A DNA stretch of 10,846 nucleotides from Bacteroidia bacterium. GTDB taxonomy: Bacteria > Bacteroidota > Bacteroidia > Bacteroidales > VadinHA17. A program made the position numbers and the translations under genes. Numbering within the stretch: position 1 is the stretch's first letter; each line of letters starts with the position of its first letter. Under the pieces are notes generated by a model that did not search any database, was not told the origin of the DNA, and saw nothing but the letters and a program-made list of their open reading frames with translations. Where the stretch lies: assembly GCA_026391215.1 (NCBI GenBank), contig JAPLDX010000079.1:1-10846 (forward strand). The letters are read 5' to 3'. Shown here in pieces: positions 7,995 to 10,846 of this stretch.

Positions 7995-8474
7995 TTAGAA
8001 ATTATAAATTAATGTAAATCCCGGGCAAACTACTTGATTATGATAGTTTACTATTATTGTTGGAGATATGTTCAGTGATCCGGCAGACGTAAAGTACTTA
8101 TTAATGACTGATTTAATTCTTCCAATCCTGCTCAGGTAAACTATTCCGGCAACTGCACCTCCGACCACCATTCCTGCTCCTGAGACCATTAATATTTTCT
8201 TCATCCCTTTTTCTCCCAATAACTGTTCAATAATTGATGATTCATCATCAATTTCATACGGCAGATATCTGCCTGCAAGAAAAACACCTCCCCCGGCCAA
8301 AGAAATGATACCAGAATATAAAAGATCACTTTTTGATGTTTTCAATGATTCTTCAAGCTGTTCCCTTGAAAGAAAATCAATATCAGATACATTATATTCT
8401 TTAACATACCATTGCCCATAAGAATTGAAGAATGAGACAAAAATCAGGTATGCTATTATAACCATCTTTTTCAT
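7995..8474 (-). CDS. Hypothetical exported/membrane protein
   Basis: Probable start at ATG 8474 (the ORF is open to 8528): MKKMVIIAYLIFVSFFNSYG|Q signal peptide. Two Gly-rich hydrophobic segments (LLYSGIISLAGGGVFLAG; ILMVSGAGMVVGGAVAGIVYL) and a C-terminal beta-hairpin-like end, LNISPTII...PGFTLIYNF. Confidence 0.72.
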   Translation of the reverse strand: MKKMVIIAYLIFVSFFNSYGQWYVKEYNVSDIDFLSREQLEESLKTSKSDLLYSGIISLAGGGVFLAGRYLPYEIDDESSIIEQLLGEKGMKKILMVSGAGMVVGGAVAGIVYLSRIGRIKSVINKYFTSAGSLNISPTIIVNYHNQVVCPGFTLIYNF

Positions 8475-8549
8475 TGGCAGAACAGTTGATTGAAAAAATA
8501 ATCCGGCCTGGTTAATAATCGAAAACAAATTTCTATATAAGCAAGTTAT

Positions 8550-8593
8550 AACAAAAGGAAAGGCAAGTCAAGTTTTTTTGACTATTACCTTTC
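8550..8593 (-). terminator. Putative intrinsic terminator downstream of the fibre gene
   Basis: The minus strand reads GAAAGGTAATAGTCAA-AAAAAC-TTGACTTGCCTTTC-CTTTTGTT. This is an imperfect stem (arms 8558-8571 and 8578-8593, one G-U pair, 2-nt bulge) followed by a short U-tract, beginning 26 nt after the stop codon at 8620. Confidence 0.55.
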
Positions 8594-8619
8594 TCCACTT
8601 CTTTGCTTTATGGAATTCA

Positions 8620-10845
8620 TCATTCCTTTTCTGCTATCAGGTCTTTCACCAGGGCTTTTAGATCATCAATTTCCTTTTGCTGAATTTCAATCTGTTTTTG
8701 TTGCTCTTTGATAGCCTCGGTTAATACAGCGGTTATTTTATCATAAGCAACAGATTTATATCCGTCAGATCCGGTGACAACAACCTCGGGAACAACTGTT
8801 TCCAGCTCCTGGGCTATGAATCCAATACTTTTTCTTTCATTTGCTGTGTTGCAACTTATCAGATCAAAGTTCACGCCACGCATTGCCATTACTTTTTCTA
8901 AAGAATTTTCGATTGTGACTATGTTTTTTTTAAAGCGAATATCAGAATCTGTAAGCCAGCTGTAACCAGCTTCCACACGGCCGTTACCTCCGGCAATATC
9001 AAGTTTTTGCTGAGGACTGACCATGTTTATACCTACATTACTATTCTGTAAAACCGTAAAAGCATTTTTACGGTCTGAGTTTGAAGTGCCGTTCCCAATT
9101 TCAAAAGCCGGATCGGTTGATACATACCAGTCACGATTTGTCATATTAGTAGTATCATTAAACCTACCAAGAACTAATACAGCACAGGATTTTGCGATAG
9201 TTTCCCAACCAAATGCAACTGATTTATAACCGGAAGCTGTACTTCTAAGTCCGAATGAGAATGAAAAATTATGAGTGGCTTTACTTTCTAGCCCTCCCAC
9301 GAATGAGCATGAACCTGAAGCAACTGTTCCTTGACCGCTTGCTATTGAAACAGATCCATTTGCTAAGCCACCACCTAATGCTGTTGAATTCTTACCATTT
9401 GCTTCAGAAAACTGACCCATAGCAAATGAATTTTCACCAGTGGCTTTAGTAAATTGTCCCATTGCTACTGCATTTGCTTCGCTGGCTAAATTATAATGAC
9501 CAAATGCGAACGTGGACCACGATGTAGCCTTGCTACCATCTCCGCCTGCAAATGAGCTTCCTCCAGATGCGACAGTTTCACTTCCAATAGCTGTGGATGT
9601 ACCACCAGATGCGATTGTTAATCTCCCCATGGCAGTTGAAGTCCAGCCTGAAGCCTGGTTCATAAAACCCATTGAAGTTGAATACCAACCAGAACTATTG
9701 CATCCATATCCAAGGGCTAAGGCAAAACCAGCACTTGCAGTATCCTGCAATCCAATTGCATAAGAACCAAAACCTGAAGAAATAGAACCCTGACCTATAG
9801 CAAAGGAATAATCCCCCTTTGCATAAGCAACTTCGGTGGTCTTGCCCAGAGAGTCAACTCCGCTGCTCCCGAAAGCAAAACTGCGATATCCTTCAGCAAT
9901 AGCTCCCCGACCGAATGCATAACTCTCAAAATTCTTCGCCATAGCCCACTGTCCGAAAGCAAAGGAATTATCTTTATTTGCGACAGACTGATACCCGATG
10001 GAGGTTGAGTAATTACCTCTGGAAATTGCCTTGTAACCCATAGCCTGTGAATATTGTCCTTTTGCCTTTGACTCATATCCTGTTGCGAATGAATTTATTC
10101 CCACACTGTCAGGCTTTTCAACCAGTACCCTGCCTGCAAGAAAAGCATTCTTCAAAGGATACCATAATATCCTGTTTTGTGACGGGTTGATTATGTTACT
10201 CGTATCTGTGGAAACATTAAAATAATGTCCTGCCTTATCCTTAACTGTTCCAAATCCGCCTATTGCAAATCCTCCTTTTGGTCCTTTAGCTGAGCTGTTG
10301 TCGATATATGCCCTGATACTGTCGGAGCTGACAAACAGATAATCCTGTGAACGATCTTTAGTAATTCCGTAACCGCCAATTGCGAATCCGCCCTTTACTG
10401 CTTTAACAGTATCATACAAATACATCCTTATGGAATCTGGTCTGACAATAAAATATGGTTGTGATGAAACCTTTGTGGTTCCAAATCCACCTATCGCAAA
10501 TCCACCTTTGACTCCTTTTTCATCGCCATCGCTGACATAAACTCTTACTCCCTCATTATACACTGCAAATATTATCTGCCCATCCTTGTTCTTTACTTCG
10601 AACAAAGCCTCTTCGAGGTTGTCAGTTTCACCTGTTACCGCAAGCTTTTTTAAAGGGGCTCCAATGTCATTTGTGACCATCGCATAAGGCACCGACCATA
10701 ATCTTGATGTTCCCAGGTATTTCCATGCTCCCTGGTTATAGATCTGGATTTTAAGGAATAAAGGTGTTTTAGCCCAGTCAATATCACTGAAATTCAGTGC
10801 CGATCCTGCCTGTCGGGTGCCTGTTCCAATCACCAGGTTAAACAC
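8620..10845 (-). CDS. Tail-fibre-like/adhesin protein (5'-partial) with YadA-head (Hep_Hag)-like repeats and C-terminal peptidase S74 intramolecular chaperone
   Basis: The ORF runs off the window edge, so the true start lies upstream. N-terminal module FNLVIGTG...F..IDW...FLKI...GTSRLWSVPYAM; KGGFAIGG repeats; 14-aa S.A.G....A.G repeats; AFEIGNGT...RKNAFTV; VGIN...P...LDI.G; SDIRFKKNI...GFIAQELE.VVPEVV...Y..V.YD.I.AVL.EAIKEQ followed by a coiled coil. Confidence 0.88.
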   Translation of the reverse strand: MFNLVIGTGTRQAGSALNFSDIDWAKTPLFLKIQIYNQGAWKYLGTSRLWSVPYAMVTNDIGAPLKKLAVTGETDNLEEALFEVKNKDGQIIFAVYNEGVRVYVSDGDEKGVKGGFAIGGFGTTKVSSQPYFIVRPDSIRMYLYDTVKAVKGGFAIGGYGITKDRSQDYLFVSSDSIRAYIDNSSAKGPKGGFAIGGFGTVKDKAGHYFNVSTDTSNIINPSQNRILWYPLKNAFLAGRVLVEKPDSVGINSFATGYESKAKGQYSQAMGYKAISRGNYSTSIGYQSVANKDNSFAFGQWAMAKNFESYAFGRGAIAEGYRSFAFGSSGVDSLGKTTEVAYAKGDYSFAIGQGSISSGFGSYAIGLQDTASAGFALALGYGCNSSGWYSTSMGFMNQASGWTSTAMGRLTIASGGTSTAIGSETVASGGSSFAGGDGSKATSWSTFAFGHYNLASEANAVAMGQFTKATGENSFAMGQFSEANGKNSTALGGGLANGSVSIASGQGTVASGSCSFVGGLESKATHNFSFSFGLRSTASGYKSVAFGWETIAKSCAVLVLGRFNDTTNMTNRDWYVSTDPAFEIGNGTSNSDRKNAFTVLQNSNVGINMVSPQQKLDIAGGNGRVEAGYSWLTDSDIRFKKNIVTIENSLEKVMAMRGVNFDLISCNTANERKSIGFIAQELETVVPEVVVTGSDGYKSVAYDKITAVLTEAIKEQQKQIEIQQKEIDDLKALVKDLIAEKE
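9166..10092 (-). repeat. About 21-22 tandem 14-aa YadA-head-like beta-roll repeats (coding)
   Basis: Units SFATGYESKAKGQY, SQAMGYKAISRGNY, STSIGYQSVANKDN ... SVAFGWETIAKSCA, VLVLG. Unit 6 is 25 aa (11-aa insert) and unit 17 is 13 aa. The repeat is degenerate at the DNA level. Confidence 0.85.
10200..10560 (-). repeat. Three 38-39 aa KGGFAIGG(F/Y)G repeats (coding)
   Basis: Cores at 10480-10509, 10366-10395 and 10249-10278, spaced 114 and 117 nt apart. Each is followed by K....Y(F/L).V..D and preceded by (V/I)R.Y. Confidence 0.85.
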
Positions 10846-10846
10846 C

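Noticed and set aside
8924-8931. A8 tract on the coding strand of the fibre gene as a phase-variation site
   Set aside because: It is short and explained by the conserved K-K-N codons of the S74 motif; the frame is intact.
8774-10076. Small ORFs overlapping the fibre gene; CRISPR or DGR interpretation of the repeats
   Set aside because: The ORFs are shadows. The repeats are protein-level and degenerate in DNA, with no identical direct repeats, no adenine-specific TR/VR pair and no reverse transcriptase.
8620-10845. Prophage call based on the tail-fibre-like gene
   Set aside because: No integrase, capsid, tail or lysis genes lie in the window and the neighbours are cellular envelope genes. 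Sequence beyond the right edge is unseen.

Overview
This window looks like Bacteroidota (probably Bacteroidales) chromosome: it has a T9SS C-terminal sorting domain, Gln+1 signal peptides and a TAnnTTTG promoter element. It holds seven CDSs and no recognisable RNA genes, CRISPR array or mobile element. In order: (1) CotH-kinase/lamin-tail/T9SS-CTD secreted protein; (2) orphan GH26 beta-mannanase; (3) M20 metallopeptidase that appears to lack an internal in-frame segment carrying a metal ligand; (4) SulP-STAS-beta-carbonic anhydrase fusion; (5) lipoprotein with beta-barrel-like character; (6) small exported/membrane protein with a C-terminal Phe beta-strand; (7) 5'-truncated fibre/adhesin with an SVPYA-motif N-terminal module, three 38-39 aa KGGFAIGG repeats, about 21-22 YadA-head-like repeats and an S74 autocleaving chaperone. 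The most notable items are the non-phage fibre and its two envelope-protein neighbours, the transporter-CA fusion and the M20 deletion. All family assignments come from motif recognition by eye, not database searches.
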